Of a stretch of 64,000 bases of DNA, positions 31,367 to 41,983 are shown in pieces. Source of the DNA: Promethearchaeia archaeon (GTDB lineage Archaea > Asgardarchaeota > Lokiarchaeia > Sigyniarchaeales > SOKP01); contig JAHQWK010000004.1 of the NCBI GenBank assembly GCA_029856145.1, forward strand, positions 1-64,000, given 5' to 3'. Each line of letters begins with the position of its first letter. The first letter of the stretch is position 1. Made by a program: the position numbers and the translations under genes. Under the pieces are notes generated by a model. It worked only from the letters and a program-made list of their open reading frames with translations. It ran no database searches and had not been told where the DNA came from.

Positions 31367-32035
31367 TTAAATCTTTTTACGTTGTAAATAACAGGAGTTA
31401 AATAAATACCAAAGAAGAATCGAAAAAATCAAAGCCCACTCCCATACAGGCATTATCTTAACAACCATATCACCAAATGATAAACAGACGTAAGAGCAAA
31501 TTATCGTGATAAAAAACGGTATTAGATAAGTTGCAAATATTCCTCCGATTATAAGACTAATAACTGATATAACCTTTGTAAAATTTGAATTTTTTAACAT
31601 TAAAATACCAAAAATAATGCATGTCATTGCTCCACCAATCCAACTAAGAAACGCGAATCGACCATGTAAATCACTGATAAGCGGATCTTCTCCTGTAAAA
31701 GCTCCGGTTAAGATTACAGATATTGAAGAAAAAATTCCTGAACCTATTACAATTTTTCTAATATTTTCATTAACATTATCATCTTTTAAAGATCTTCCAA
31801 GAGAAATAATAAAGGGAATTGAAAAAATATTAGAAAGAATCAGTCCAATTCTTAAAAATATACCACCCGTATAAGTACCTAACATACTAATTGAACTTTT
31901 CCACATAACGTATTCCGGAGTCAAAAGAAGTGCAATAATAGTCCCTAATAGCCCAATAATAAATGTCAGCAGCCCAAATATATATCCTGGTATAAAATTG
32001 AAAAGTCTGTCAAAGATTTCATTTACTTTATTCAT
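31367..32035 (-). CDS. DUF998 family membrane protein
   Basis: 5-6 TM; ISMLG and LHG motifs. Confidence 0.65.
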   Translation of the reverse strand: MNKVNEIFDRLFNFIPGYIFGLLTFIIGLLGTIIALLLTPEYVMWKSSISMLGTYTGGIFLRIGLILSNIFSIPFIISLGRSLKDDNVNENIRKIVIGSGIFSSISVILTGAFTGEDPLISDLHGRFAFLSWIGGAMTCIIFGILMLKNSNFTKVISVISLIIGGIFATYLIPFFITIICSYVCLSFGDMVVKIMPVWEWALIFSILLWYLFNSCYLQRKKI

Positions 32036-32109
32036 AATATTCTGTCTACTTTTTATAATTTAAAAAAATTTCTATAATAATAAAAAACAGTAATATAAGA
32101 ATAAAAGAA

Positions 32110-32760
32110 TTAAATTTTCTTATAAATCATATAAGTTGAGATAAGAAAATACCACAGAATTATTGAAATTGTATTTATCCATTCTAAAGTCGGCAAAATT
32201 ATTACTAAAAATCTTAAAAATGGTATAAGGTATAGGAAAAAGAAGAAGATTAATAATGCAAGAATGAAAGAAACTATAAAACCAAAAAAAGCAAGATTTT
32301 TTGAATATTTTGGGTCTTTTAATATTAAAATACTATAGAACGTAATGTAGCAGATTCCAAATCCCCAACTAGTTAACGCAGCAGTACCATGTAAATATTG
32401 GATCACTATATTGGAACCACAGAACACTCCTAAAACAATAAAACTTATGCATGAGATATTTGCGCATATATTTGCTATTTTTTTTAATTTTGTATTTATC
32501 TGTCCTTCATTGAATGTTCTTATGAGAGAGTTTACAAAAATCAGAGCAAATACTCCTGAAAAAATATTTCCAATATTGAAAAATATCCCTCCTGGTCCTA
32601 AACATAATGTACTTACTGCCATTGTCAAGAAATTGTAGTCAGGAAACATTAAATACGCGATTATATCTCCTAAAATGCCAACAGTAATCGAAAGTAACCC
32701 AAATATTCTTCCGGGTATTATAGTATTAAGCTTTTTAATAAACAAATCTAATTTCTCCAT
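32110..32760 (-). CDS. DUF998 family membrane protein (tandem paralog)
   Basis: shares IPG.IFGLL, LHG and P..EW with the neighbouring gene. Confidence 0.65.
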   Translation of the reverse strand: MEKLDLFIKKLNTIIPGRIFGLLSITVGILGDIIAYLMFPDYNFLTMAVSTLCLGPGGIFFNIGNIFSGVFALIFVNSLIRTFNEGQINTKLKKIANICANISCISFIVLGVFCGSNIVIQYLHGTAALTSWGFGICYITFYSILILKDPKYSKNLAFFGFIVSFILALLIFFFFLYLIPFLRFLVIILPTLEWINTISIILWYFLISTYMIYKKI

Positions 32761-32889
32761 GATACCTTCTTTAAATAATATATTTGGATTTCTCTATAAA
32801 ATAAGGATTTACACAGTTTAAATGTATAAAATTTTATATTATTATTGAAAATAGAAGGAAAAAGAAAAGGATTTCTAAAAGTACCCTTT

Positions 32890-34398
32890 TTAATTAGATT
32901 TTGGTATTCTTATTGTAAAAGTTGATCCATTGTCCCTCCCACTAGACTCCACCAAAATTCTACCATTATGGAGTTCTACAATTTCTTTAGAGATATATAA
33001 ACCTAAACCAGATCCCTCAACATCTAATCCTTTACTATCTCTTTTAATCTTCCCAAATTTTTGAAACAATAATGACCTTTCTTTCTTAGTTAATCCAATA
33101 CCTGTGTCTCTTATAGATAGATCAACCCATTGATCATGGACTTTTAAATTAATATAGATGTTACCCTTAGGAGGAGTAAATTTGATTGCATTAGAAAGAA
33201 GATTAATAATAACCTGTTCTATTCTAATTTTATCAATTTTAATGATTATTTCTTTAGGAAGCTTGATGTTTATATCTATCTCCCTTTTATCAGCCCAATA
33301 CTTTAAATCATTGCAACATTCATTTATGATGTCAACCAGATTCTCTTTTTGTAACCTTAAACTCAATTTACTTGATTCTAATCTAGATACATCAAGTAAG
33401 TTTTCGATTAATTGTATTAGCCTTTGGCTTCCTCTATATATCATTTCTAGAAATTCTAAAGCTTTCTCTCCAATTTGATCTTTAAAATTATTTAGAAGAA
33501 TCTGGGATGCTGCATATACAGAACTCAAAGGAGTTTTAAATTCATGAGATGCTCTCATTATTAATTCACTTTTAATTTGGCTGAGTTCAAGGAGTTTTTT
33601 ATTTTCTTCAATAATAATCCTTTCAGTTCTTTTACGTTCTGTAATGTCTCTTGAAATAACAAGGAATTTTTGTTTATTATCTTTGTCTATAAAAGTTTTT
33701 CCATTAGTTTCTGTAGTTACATAATGTCCTCGTTTGTGTTTTACTCTTGCTTCAATTGGACCTTCAAATTTTTTATTTGAATCAATAAAACTTTTTAAGA
33801 GTTTCTCACGATCATCCGGATGAACAAAATCAATACCCTTCTTTCCAATTAGTTCATCATATTTATAACCTAAAATATTCGAAAAAGGTTTTTTATTAAT
33901 GTATTCAAACTGTAAATTCTCATTGAATATAGAAATTAAATCATTAGCATTTTCAGAAATTAAGCGATATATTTCTTCTGATTCTTTTTTCTCTTGTTCT
34001 ATTTTTTTTCGCTCAGTAATATCTCTGGATATAATTATTGCTTTTCTTTTTCCGTCAACATCTATAAAAGTTTTACCTTTATGTTCTAACCAAATGTAAT
34101 GACCATCTTTGTGCCTGATTCTCATTTCATTCCTACCTTCACCATACTTAAATCCTTCTCGCAGAGTTTTAAGTGTTAATTTAGTATCATCAGGATGTAA
34201 AGGAGTGAGTGGGGTCTTTCCAATTATTTCTTCTTTTTTATACCCTAATAAATCAATATAAGCCTTTTCATTGATATATTCATGTTCAAAATTCTCGTTT
34301 ATAATTGTAATTAAATCATTAGCATTATCCAAAATCAACTTATATTTTTCCTCTGATTCCTTTACTCTTTTCTCATTTTGTTTAAATTCTTCTGGCAC
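32890..34398 (-). CDS. cytoplasmic PAS-PAS sensor histidine kinase
   Basis: two PAS/PAC units (HPDD...RDITERK), H-box SHEFKTPL, NLLSNAIKF, DTGIG, GSGLGL. Confidence 0.95.
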   Translation of the reverse strand: MPEEFKQNEKRVKESEEKYKLILDNANDLITIINENFEHEYINEKAYIDLLGYKKEEIIGKTPLTPLHPDDTKLTLKTLREGFKYGEGRNEMRIRHKDGHYIWLEHKGKTFIDVDGKRKAIIISRDITERKKIEQEKKESEEIYRLISENANDLISIFNENLQFEYINKKPFSNILGYKYDELIGKKGIDFVHPDDREKLLKSFIDSNKKFEGPIEARVKHKRGHYVTTETNGKTFIDKDNKQKFLVISRDITERKRTERIIIEENKKLLELSQIKSELIMRASHEFKTPLSSVYAASQILLNNFKDQIGEKALEFLEMIYRGSQRLIQLIENLLDVSRLESSKLSLRLQKENLVDIINECCNDLKYWADKREIDINIKLPKEIIIKIDKIRIEQVIINLLSNAIKFTPPKGNIYINLKVHDQWVDLSIRDTGIGLTKKERSLLFQKFGKIKRDSKGLDVEGSGLGLYISKEIVELHNGRILVESSGRDNGSTFTIRIPKSN

Positions 34399-34712
34399 AT
34401 CAAGTTCCTCAAAGATTTCCTTATTTATTTAATAATTTTCATTAGTTCTAATATTTTTCAAACCCCATTTATATTTATTCATCCCAGGAATAAATAATAA
34501 TGAACTCTAAGAATCTGTCTTCCTCTAATACAATCGATATGATCAAATAAAATTTTATAGTTATATTTGTATGGACATTGTCTATTTGTACTATATATTG
34601 GTACGAAATAATGTTACAGCTTGTTTTACAAAAAATTTTATTTGTTAACCAAAATTATTGTTATATATATTTTTGTGATAAATCTTAATTAGCGGAATGG
34701 TTATAAAAATTT

Positions 34713-34783
34713 GCGCTCATAGTACAGTGGTAGTATGCTAGGTTCCCAACCTAGCGACCCGGGTTCAATTCCCGGTGGGCGCA
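34713..34783 (+). tRNA. tRNA-Gly(CCC)
   Basis: GCGCTCA/TGGGCGC-A acceptor; CTAGG-TTCCCAA-CCTAG anticodon arm; CCGGG-TTCAATT-CCCGG T arm. Confidence 0.95.
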
Positions 34784-34833
34784 CTTCATAATCATCCAAT
34801 ATTTAATGAATAACAAATTCAGGAAATGAAATC

Positions 34834-35124
34834 TTAGTTACCTAAATTTTCTAAAAAAGTACCTGAAGGTGAAGAACCATTTTCTATTTCTTTACATAAG
34901 TCAGAAATTTCACCAAACAAATATGCTGCTCTATCAAAAGTTCCATTCTTTTTGAATTCCTTTGACTCTTCCATCTTAATCATTTTATCCATCAAAGGCT
35001 TAAATAATGTTAGGATTTCATATACATGATTCAAGATCTCTTTAGTGAGTTTGATTTTCTTATTTATGTCATCTTCTCTTGTAAGCATCTCTCTTTCCTC
35101 GTTATAAAATTTCAATTTTTTCAT
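34834..35124 (-). CDS. small helical hypothetical protein
   Basis: 96 aa ORF in an otherwise empty interval, natural amino-acid composition. Confidence 0.6.
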   Translation of the reverse strand: MKKLKFYNEEREMLTREDDINKKIKLTKEILNHVYEILTLFKPLMDKMIKMEESKEFKKNGTFDRAAYLFGEISDLCKEIENGSSPSGTFLENLGN

Positions 35125-35370
35125 TAAATTTATTGATTATTATTTTATTTTCTCTCTTAATAAATGTTTTTGGTATATCCCTTTAAAATCCATATTTACA
35201 TACAAAAATATCTTAGTAAATTTATTGAATCCTTTTTTGTGGCAAAAAAATTAATGGAATAAATCTTTTGGTATAAATTTTTGAAGTTTCAAATCATCAG
35301 TTGTTACCTTTATTTAATGATTTTTATAAATAATTCAATTGAAATTGGATTTGTGAGTAAATTGCTTTGC

Positions 35371-35631
35371 TTAATAAACAACTTTTGCTGGAATTCTCAA
35401 TTCTTTTTCAGTTTTACGAAAAGGATATATTATAAGGATATCTTTGAAAGTTTCTTTTGGGATTGATTCATCAATAGCGATCATATGATTCTCATAAAAT
35501 AAGAGCATTTTGTGTTCAAAAATTCTCTTATTGTGTAATTTTTTAGGGACATTAAAATTTTTGTCATACTTAAAACCTAAATATTTCTTAAAAAATATTT
35601 GGTAATCTAAAATTATGTCGTATTTCTCCAA
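35371..35631 (-). CDS. small hypothetical protein
   Basis: 86 aa ORF with TTG start; no recognisable motif. Confidence 0.4.
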   Translation of the reverse strand: MEKYDIILDYQIFFKKYLGFKYDKNFNVPKKLHNKRIFEHKMLLFYENHMIAIDESIPKETFKDILIIYPFRKTEKELRIPAKVVY

Positions 35632-35907
35632 GAAGATAATTTAAATCTCAGTAATTATTAATGATAAAAAAAAAATGTTTTTACATTAGGATAACAATTT
35701 TTTATAACATCAAATTTAAATATACTTTCTAATATAAATTTTTTAGTTCAAATTTAGAAAAAACACTAAAAAATCAAAAATTATACTAATGTTTTACATC
35801 AAAAAATGTAGAAAGTTAGCACCAATTTTTTTGGGTAGAATTAGTAAAAGTGCTATGTAAGAAAAAACTATGAATATTATTCAAAGACAAATAATCTGTA
35901 AATATAT

Positions 35908-36741
35908 ATGTATGAATATAATATGATAGCAATGGATAAGGCTCAAAATATTAATACTAATTCAGAAAAGTTTCAAATGCTGGGATTTGGATTATTAAAT
36001 ATCTCAGATATAGAATCTGAAGGCACTTTTAAAATCATTCTTCAAAAAGGTATAGGAGTTCCTCTTATCCAAAATATTTTAGAACTCTATAAGAAAGAAA
36101 TTATAACCAAAAAACAAGGAAGCTCAATTATTCCATTAAATGAATTTACCATTCATATCCAATATTTCAATAATAAGGACAAAGAAATTTCTGTGATTTT
36201 GTATATGGAAGAAAAAGAACCAAGTATTGCGGTTAATTTTTCACAGCTTTACTTCCTGTCTAAAAAAATCAATAAAAAAATTCTTTCAAATGCTCCATTA
36301 TCTGAATTAGTCAAAATATTCGAAGACAAAATCAAGATTCCAAAATCTTCTGGAGTCATAGCTATCTTTGTTATTAGTTCCACAGGCAGTCCATTTCTTT
36401 CAAAAATTAATAAAAATCGCAACAATATAGCAGACCATGAAGTTCACATTGGTGGATTTATCTCTGCTTTGTTGTCGTTTTCAAATACAATTATTGGAGA
36501 AGAAACAGGGGCAAAATTGAAGGAAATAAACTTTGGGAATCAGCAATTTTACGTAATATCCAAAAGTAACGTAATTTTTGCCTTTTTAGTAGAAAATATG
36601 AATTCCTTGCTTCAAAGATATATGTATCTTATTGCAGATGAATTCATTTACGATTTCAACAATTATTTAAAAGGTTTTAATGGAGATGTAACTCCATTTG
36701 CATCTTTTGAAGATAAAATTAACCAATATTTTATTATTTAA
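35908..36741 (+). CDS. longin-domain protein, first gene of the che cluster
   Basis: C-terminal half IFVISSTGSPF...IGGFISALLSFS...LKEINFGN...IADEF...FNGDVTPFASF, a Fuz/Mon1/sedlin-type longin pattern. Confidence 0.7.
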   Translation: MYEYNMIAMDKAQNINTNSEKFQMLGFGLLNISDIESEGTFKIILQKGIGVPLIQNILELYKKEIITKKQGSSIIPLNEFTIHIQYFNNKDKEISVILYMEEKEPSIAVNFSQLYFLSKKINKKILSNAPLSELVKIFEDKIKIPKSSGVIAIFVISSTGSPFLSKINKNRNNIADHEVHIGGFISALLSFSNTIIGEETGAKLKEINFGNQQFYVISKSNVIFAFLVENMNSLLQRYMYLIADEFIYDFNNYLKGFNGDVTPFASFEDKINQYFII

Positions 36742-36761
36742 AAAATGAAGGTAAGAAAAAA

Positions 36762-37292
36762 ATGGTTCAAAAACAGGAATATGAAGATATGGATCAAATT
36801 TCCATCCTATCGTTTAAGATTGGTAGGGAAGAGTTCGTTATCGATCTCTTCGATGTGAAAGAAATAATTCAAGCAGGTCTAATAAGAAAATTACCAAAAA
36901 GCTTAGATTATATAGATGGAATCTATAATTACAGAGGGGAAATTATTCACATAATTAATTTAAAGAAAAAATTGAATTTGAATCAATATATTTTGTATTC
37001 AAGAAACTCCTCTATCGAAGAAGAATCAAGTACGTCGAAAAATTTCATTATAATTCTTAAAGTTGATAATAATCTGGTAGGATTTTATGTTGATCAAATA
37101 ATCAGTATTGATCATATTGATCCCACTGAGATTGTTGGATTAAGCCCAATCTTTCAAACTAATGTTGCTATGGAATATATTAAAGGAATTATTAACTTTG
37201 AACGGCGACCAAGAGTTATGCTTGATTTAAGCAAAATTTTTAGTGAAGTTGAGAAATTCAAAATTGAACAAGATTTATCATCATTAACATAA
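36762..37292 (+). CDS. cheW: chemotaxis coupling protein CheW
   Basis: SFKIGREEF, VKEII, GIYNYRGEII, GFYVD. Confidence 0.93.
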   Translation: MVQKQEYEDMDQISILSFKIGREEFVIDLFDVKEIIQAGLIRKLPKSLDYIDGIYNYRGEIIHIINLKKKLNLNQYILYSRNSSIEEESSTSKNFIIILKVDNNLVGFYVDQIISIDHIDPTEIVGLSPIFQTNVAMEYIKGIINFERRPRVMLDLSKIFSEVEKFKIEQDLSSLT

Positions 37293-37312
37293 ATTAAAAA
37301 GGAGTTGATAAA

Positions 37313-37690
37313 ATGACAAATAATAAAAAAAAAGTTTTGATAGTTGATGATGCAGCCTTTACAAGGAACATGCTTAAAAATATAATAAACAAGATCGAAC
37401 AAATTGAAGTTATCGGTGAAGCTTCAAATGGAGTGGAAGCTATCTCTTTATACAAGAAATTAAATCCTGATTTAGTTACTATGGATTTGGTTATGCCTGA
37501 AAAGGGTGGTATTGAGGCAACTGAAGAGATTCTAAAAATTAACTCAAAAGCATTGATAGTAGTGGTTTCTGCACTCGGTCAGGAGGCTCTTGTACTTGAG
37601 GCAGCAAAAAAAGGGGCAAAGGACTTTATCCAAAAACCATTCAAAACAGAGCAAATATTAGAAGTTATGGATCGAATTTTAAAGAAATAA
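37313..37690 (+). CDS. cheY: chemotaxis response regulator CheY
   Basis: VDDA, TMDLVMP (phospho-Asp), VSALGQ, QKPF. Confidence 0.93.
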   Translation: MTNNKKKVLIVDDAAFTRNMLKNIINKIEQIEVIGEASNGVEAISLYKKLNPDLVTMDLVMPEKGGIEATEEILKINSKALIVVVSALGQEALVLEAAKKGAKDFIQKPFKTEQILEVMDRILKK

Positions 37691-37774
37691 CATCTCTCAC
37701 ATCTGGTTGAGATTCTGGACAATATCTTAAAAAAATAAAAAAAACAATGAAAAAAAAAAATTTAAGGTGATTAT

Positions 37775-39850
37775 GTGTCATCTAAAGACGATATAAAGCT
37801 TTTCATAAGTGAAGCCGAGGATCTGATTCAAAAAACGGAAGATGAAATTCTAAAATTAGAAGAAAATCCAAATGATTTAAAACCAATTCAGGAACTTTTT
37901 TTCACATTTCATGCACTAAAAGGATTAACAGCGATGGCAGGTTTTGACAACTTATCTAAATTTTGTCATCATTTTGAATCTTTTTTAGAAAATACTAAGG
38001 ATAAGAAAGAGTCTAAAATCAAAAGAGAAAATTTCATCGAAATGCTATTTGAGAGTATTGATGTATTAAGAAATGTCATAAAGAGAGTAAAAAAAGGAGA
38101 TTTAAGTGATATTGATAATAAATTTGTAGAAGATATTAAAAATAGTTTTGAAAGTTTTGAGAATGAGTATGATATCACTTTTATTCAGCCTTTAAACTCA
38201 GAGGAAGTTACCCAAATCCTTAAACAAAAAGATATCAAATCATTTAAGATATATATTCGCCTTGAAGAAACATGTGTTTTCAAAAAGGTAAGGTTATTTA
38301 TTATATTTAGAGCATTAAATGAAAATGGAAAAATTTGCTGGACTAATCCTGCTCCTGAAGATTTAGAAAAAGCTACTCTCAAAAATGAGTTTGAAATTTA
38401 CTTTTTTAGCAATAAAAATAAGGATAATATTTCTCATGTTTTAGATGAAATTCTTGAAATCGAAAGTATAGTTATTACTCCATTAAAATCTGAAGAATTC
38501 ATAAAAATAATTAATAGTCTTAAGGAAAAATGGGAAAATGAAAAACCAGAACCCTTAAGCGATGATTTCTTTGAAGATGATTTTGAAGAAGACGTTGATA
38601 CTCAAGAACTGGAGCGAGTTTCACAAATTGTAGGTGATTTCTCAGAAGATACCCTTAAAATAATGAGTGTTAAAGTTAATATTGAGTATATAGAGGAATT
38701 AATGAATTATTTTGGAGAATTAGTAATAATGAAGAATCATATCAATCAACTTCTAAAGGAAAAACAAGATAGAATAATCGTACGGTTAATAGATAAAATG
38801 GATAAGCCTTTTCTAGATATACAAGAAATACTTTTTAGATTAAAACTAGTTCGAGTTGATTCAACATTCAGAAAATATAAAAGACTTGTTCGCAATGTAG
38901 CAAATGAAACTGGTAAGAAAATAAAATTAATTCTTGAAGGAATAAATGTAGAAATTGATAGAAAAATCCTAGAAGAAATTAACACTCCGCTGGTTCAATT
39001 AATTAGGAATGCAATTTATCATGGAATCGAATCTCCAAGAGATCGAATTAAAAAACGGAAAATTGAAATTGGTATATTGAAAATAAAAACATTTAGAAGA
39101 GCAGGATCCATTTTCATAGAAGTTCAAGATGATGGCGCGGGGCTTAATTATGATACAATAAGGGAAAAGGTTGTGAAAAAAGGTTATTATGACTCAATTG
39201 AAGTGGAACAACTAGCAAACGAGGATTTACATAAGTTTATACTAATGCCCGGGTTCTCAACACTTTCAGAAGCAGATATAATCTCTGGTAGAGGTATGGG
39301 TTTAGCAATCGTGGCTGAAAAAATAAAAGAATTAGGTGGTGATTTTACTATTCAATCTCAAGCTGGTGTTGGTACAAAATTTACAATCATCGTTCCATTT
39401 ACAAGAGCAATATTAAAAGCACAACAAATTCAGATTTCTGATGATTTATTTGCAATTCCAACTGAAAACATTAAACAAATATACTTTTTCAATCCAAGTC
39501 AAGTTGAATATGTAGATGGCCAACAATTTTACAAGATAAATTCAAAATTAATGCCAATTATTCATTTAGATGAGTATTTAAATATGGTAGAAAAAAGTAC
39601 AACAAATTCTCATAAAAAAATTGCAATATGGTGTCAAGGAGATGAGGATAGTTCAGCAGTGTTTATTGCAGATAAACAATTACAACAATTAGATGTAGTT
39701 GTGAAACCATTCAAGTCTAACTATTCAGATTCACGGGATATTTTAGGATCAACAATTACAGGAGAAGGTTCAATATGTCTAATTATCGACGTTTTAAGTA
39801 TAATTTCATCTATTTTAAATGAAAATATAATATCAAATTTAAATTTATAA
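37775..39850 (+). CDS. cheA: chemotaxis histidine kinase CheA (Hpt-P2-dimer-HATPase-CheW)
   Basis: FHALKG Hpt His; P2 domain; RNAIYHGIE, DDGAG, PGFST, SGRGMG; C-terminal CheW domain. Confidence 0.95.
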   Translation: MSSKDDIKLFISEAEDLIQKTEDEILKLEENPNDLKPIQELFFTFHALKGLTAMAGFDNLSKFCHHFESFLENTKDKKESKIKRENFIEMLFESIDVLRNVIKRVKKGDLSDIDNKFVEDIKNSFESFENEYDITFIQPLNSEEVTQILKQKDIKSFKIYIRLEETCVFKKVRLFIIFRALNENGKICWTNPAPEDLEKATLKNEFEIYFFSNKNKDNISHVLDEILEIESIVITPLKSEEFIKIINSLKEKWENEKPEPLSDDFFEDDFEEDVDTQELERVSQIVGDFSEDTLKIMSVKVNIEYIEELMNYFGELVIMKNHINQLLKEKQDRIIVRLIDKMDKPFLDIQEILFRLKLVRVDSTFRKYKRLVRNVANETGKKIKLILEGINVEIDRKILEEINTPLVQLIRNAIYHGIESPRDRIKKRKIEIGILKIKTFRRAGSIFIEVQDDGAGLNYDTIREKVVKKGYYDSIEVEQLANEDLHKFILMPGFSTLSEADIISGRGMGLAIVAEKIKELGGDFTIQSQAGVGTKFTIIVPFTRAILKAQQIQISDDLFAIPTENIKQIYFFNPSQVEYVDGQQFYKINSKLMPIIHLDEYLNMVEKSTTNSHKKIAIWCQGDEDSSAVFIADKQLQQLDVVVKPFKSNYSDSRDILGSTITGEGSICLIIDVLSIISSILNENIISNLNL

Positions 39851-39912
39851 TTAAAATTTTTTTTACAAATAACAAATTTATCAAATGAAGAAATACTTGG
39901 AGGAAAAATAAA

Positions 39913-41934
39913 ATGGGTTTTAAAAAGATTGACCATGACGAATTAAAAACAAAAATTAGCCCAAATTTTCTTGGCATCCCTATAAGGGAAGGTGGAAAGT
40001 TAGTACAGAAAAGTCAAAGAGAAAAGAAAATTGAATCTAGTTATACAGGTTCAATGTCAGAAGTATTAATATTAAATGAAGAATTTTTAGAATTCCAATA
40101 TCAAAATGATGGAACAAGAAAAGCAGTTACAGGTAACGGAAATATCTCAATATTTAATAATTCTGTTAAAGATAGAATTTGGGATGCAAATTTACAGTTT
40201 TCAGGCTCACAATTTGATAATCAAGAGAAAGAAAACAATATAAATTTAGGGATTTTTGAGCCTAGTTCAAATAAAATATTAAAATATGAAATTGTAAATT
40301 CCGATGATTTACCGGATTTAATAAAAGTAAATGAAAATATTGAAGTTCTGAGTGAAGATATTACTCAAGAAGGGTTAGAATTTCCTGAAAATGAAGAATT
40401 AAATGTATGTAATAAAAAACATTATTTACTAGTAATTGGAAAAGAAAATAAGGTAAAATTTTTAATTGATATAGTAAATGTCTCAAATTCGATGTTAGAA
40501 AATATCAAGTTTAAGAAATTATTTGTTAATAATTTTTATGACTTAGAATTTGACTGTAGCAAGAGCAAAGAATTTAAATTTACTAATAATTCTGTAGAAT
40601 GTACTATAAACGGTCTAAACCCTGGAGAAAAAGCAGAATTAACAATCACCGCTAATATTTTCCCTAAGAAGAAGGAAAATATTAAAACTGGTAAAATCGA
40701 AATAACCTACAACTTATCATCAAACGTAATTTCAGGCGTGAAAATCAATCAATTCTCAGCATATTCTCATGCAATGCATGCTATTGAGAAAGTAGAGAAA
40801 AATGATGCTCCAAATCATTGGGAATGTTCATTAATTTTCGAAAACCATAGTGACTTTAAATTGAAGTTAAATTCAATTCTGATCTATGATAAGACCAAAT
40901 CGAAAAAAATTTTAGATTTAGATTTTAGTACATCTGGTACTACAAAAATTAATCCTCGTGGAATATATAAAACCCAACATTTTAATTTGATTGATGAAAA
41001 AGAACCTATTTTCTCAAGAAAAGTCGAATATTCTGTTGATTATAAAACAGAGAACAATTCAATGATTACCACGAGATTTGATGACATTATCTTTAAAATA
41101 GTTAATATTACGATAAAAAAGAAATTACCTGAACAAGAAATTAAATCATTTGAGGAGACTACACTAAATTCTGAAATTATTATAAACAACCAAGGTACTG
41201 TTCCAATTAAAGGACTTCGAATAGTTGAAAAAATTCCTGAAGATTTCTTGCCACCAAGAAATTTATCTGATTTTACACTGTATAAATCATCTGGTAAACT
41301 AGAAATCGATGATATTGAATTAAATTTAAGTCCAGATGATGATGATCCCTCACATGAGCATATTATTGAAATAAGTATTAATTTAAAAAATGATACTTCA
41401 AAATCAGTTATTAGTACAGAAGATTTCTTAGAATTAAAATATCCATTTAAAGCAATTACTCCTAATTATAAAAAAGATTACGATTTCCCTGTTAAAGTCT
41501 ACGCTTATTATCCGATGTATGAAAAATCTGAAGTAGAAGGGCTTAGGGGACATTATGTTTTAATGGATGATCTCTCTAGTAAGGATACGTCTTCTTTAAA
41601 AATCACACATAAACGGCGGAAATTAATGATTGGAAAACAAATCTTTCCTGGAAGGAGTAGTGATGAATTTGCTATTTATATTGTGGCAAAGAACGGTTCA
41701 AATATTAAACTTAGTGATGTAGACATTACAGATGCTTTTCCAAATTCTTTTGAACTAATTTCCTCAAATGTAGAACATAAGATTAGCAAATCTAAAAATA
41801 ACGGAGAACAAAAAATTTCTTTCACAATCGATTCACTCCTACCTTATCAAGAAAAAGAGATAATGTATTATCTAAAAAGCTTAAGCGGAAAGGATGTATC
41901 ACAATCAGAATTAGAGTCATTTTTTGTTGGATAA
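39913..41934 (+). CDS. large cytoplasmic beta-sandwich repeat protein (DUF11/Ig-like; N-terminus resembles a mu-homology domain)
   Basis: repeated units such as IINNQGTVPIKGLRIVEKIPEDF and AKNGSNIKLSDVDITDAFPNSF; no signal peptide or TM. Confidence 0.55.
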   Translation: MGFKKIDHDELKTKISPNFLGIPIREGGKLVQKSQREKKIESSYTGSMSEVLILNEEFLEFQYQNDGTRKAVTGNGNISIFNNSVKDRIWDANLQFSGSQFDNQEKENNINLGIFEPSSNKILKYEIVNSDDLPDLIKVNENIEVLSEDITQEGLEFPENEELNVCNKKHYLLVIGKENKVKFLIDIVNVSNSMLENIKFKKLFVNNFYDLEFDCSKSKEFKFTNNSVECTINGLNPGEKAELTITANIFPKKKENIKTGKIEITYNLSSNVISGVKINQFSAYSHAMHAIEKVEKNDAPNHWECSLIFENHSDFKLKLNSILIYDKTKSKKILDLDFSTSGTTKINPRGIYKTQHFNLIDEKEPIFSRKVEYSVDYKTENNSMITTRFDDIIFKIVNITIKKKLPEQEIKSFEETTLNSEIIINNQGTVPIKGLRIVEKIPEDFLPPRNLSDFTLYKSSGKLEIDDIELNLSPDDDDPSHEHIIEISINLKNDTSKSVISTEDFLELKYPFKAITPNYKKDYDFPVKVYAYYPMYEKSEVEGLRGHYVLMDDLSSKDTSSLKITHKRRKLMIGKQIFPGRSSDEFAIYIVAKNGSNIKLSDVDITDAFPNSFELISSNVEHKISKSKNNGEQKISFTIDSLLPYQEKEIMYYLKSLSGKDVSQSELESFFVG

Positions 41935-41983
41935 ATAGAAAAAAAAATAATAAAATTTAAGAAAAAAAAATGGAGGAAGTATT

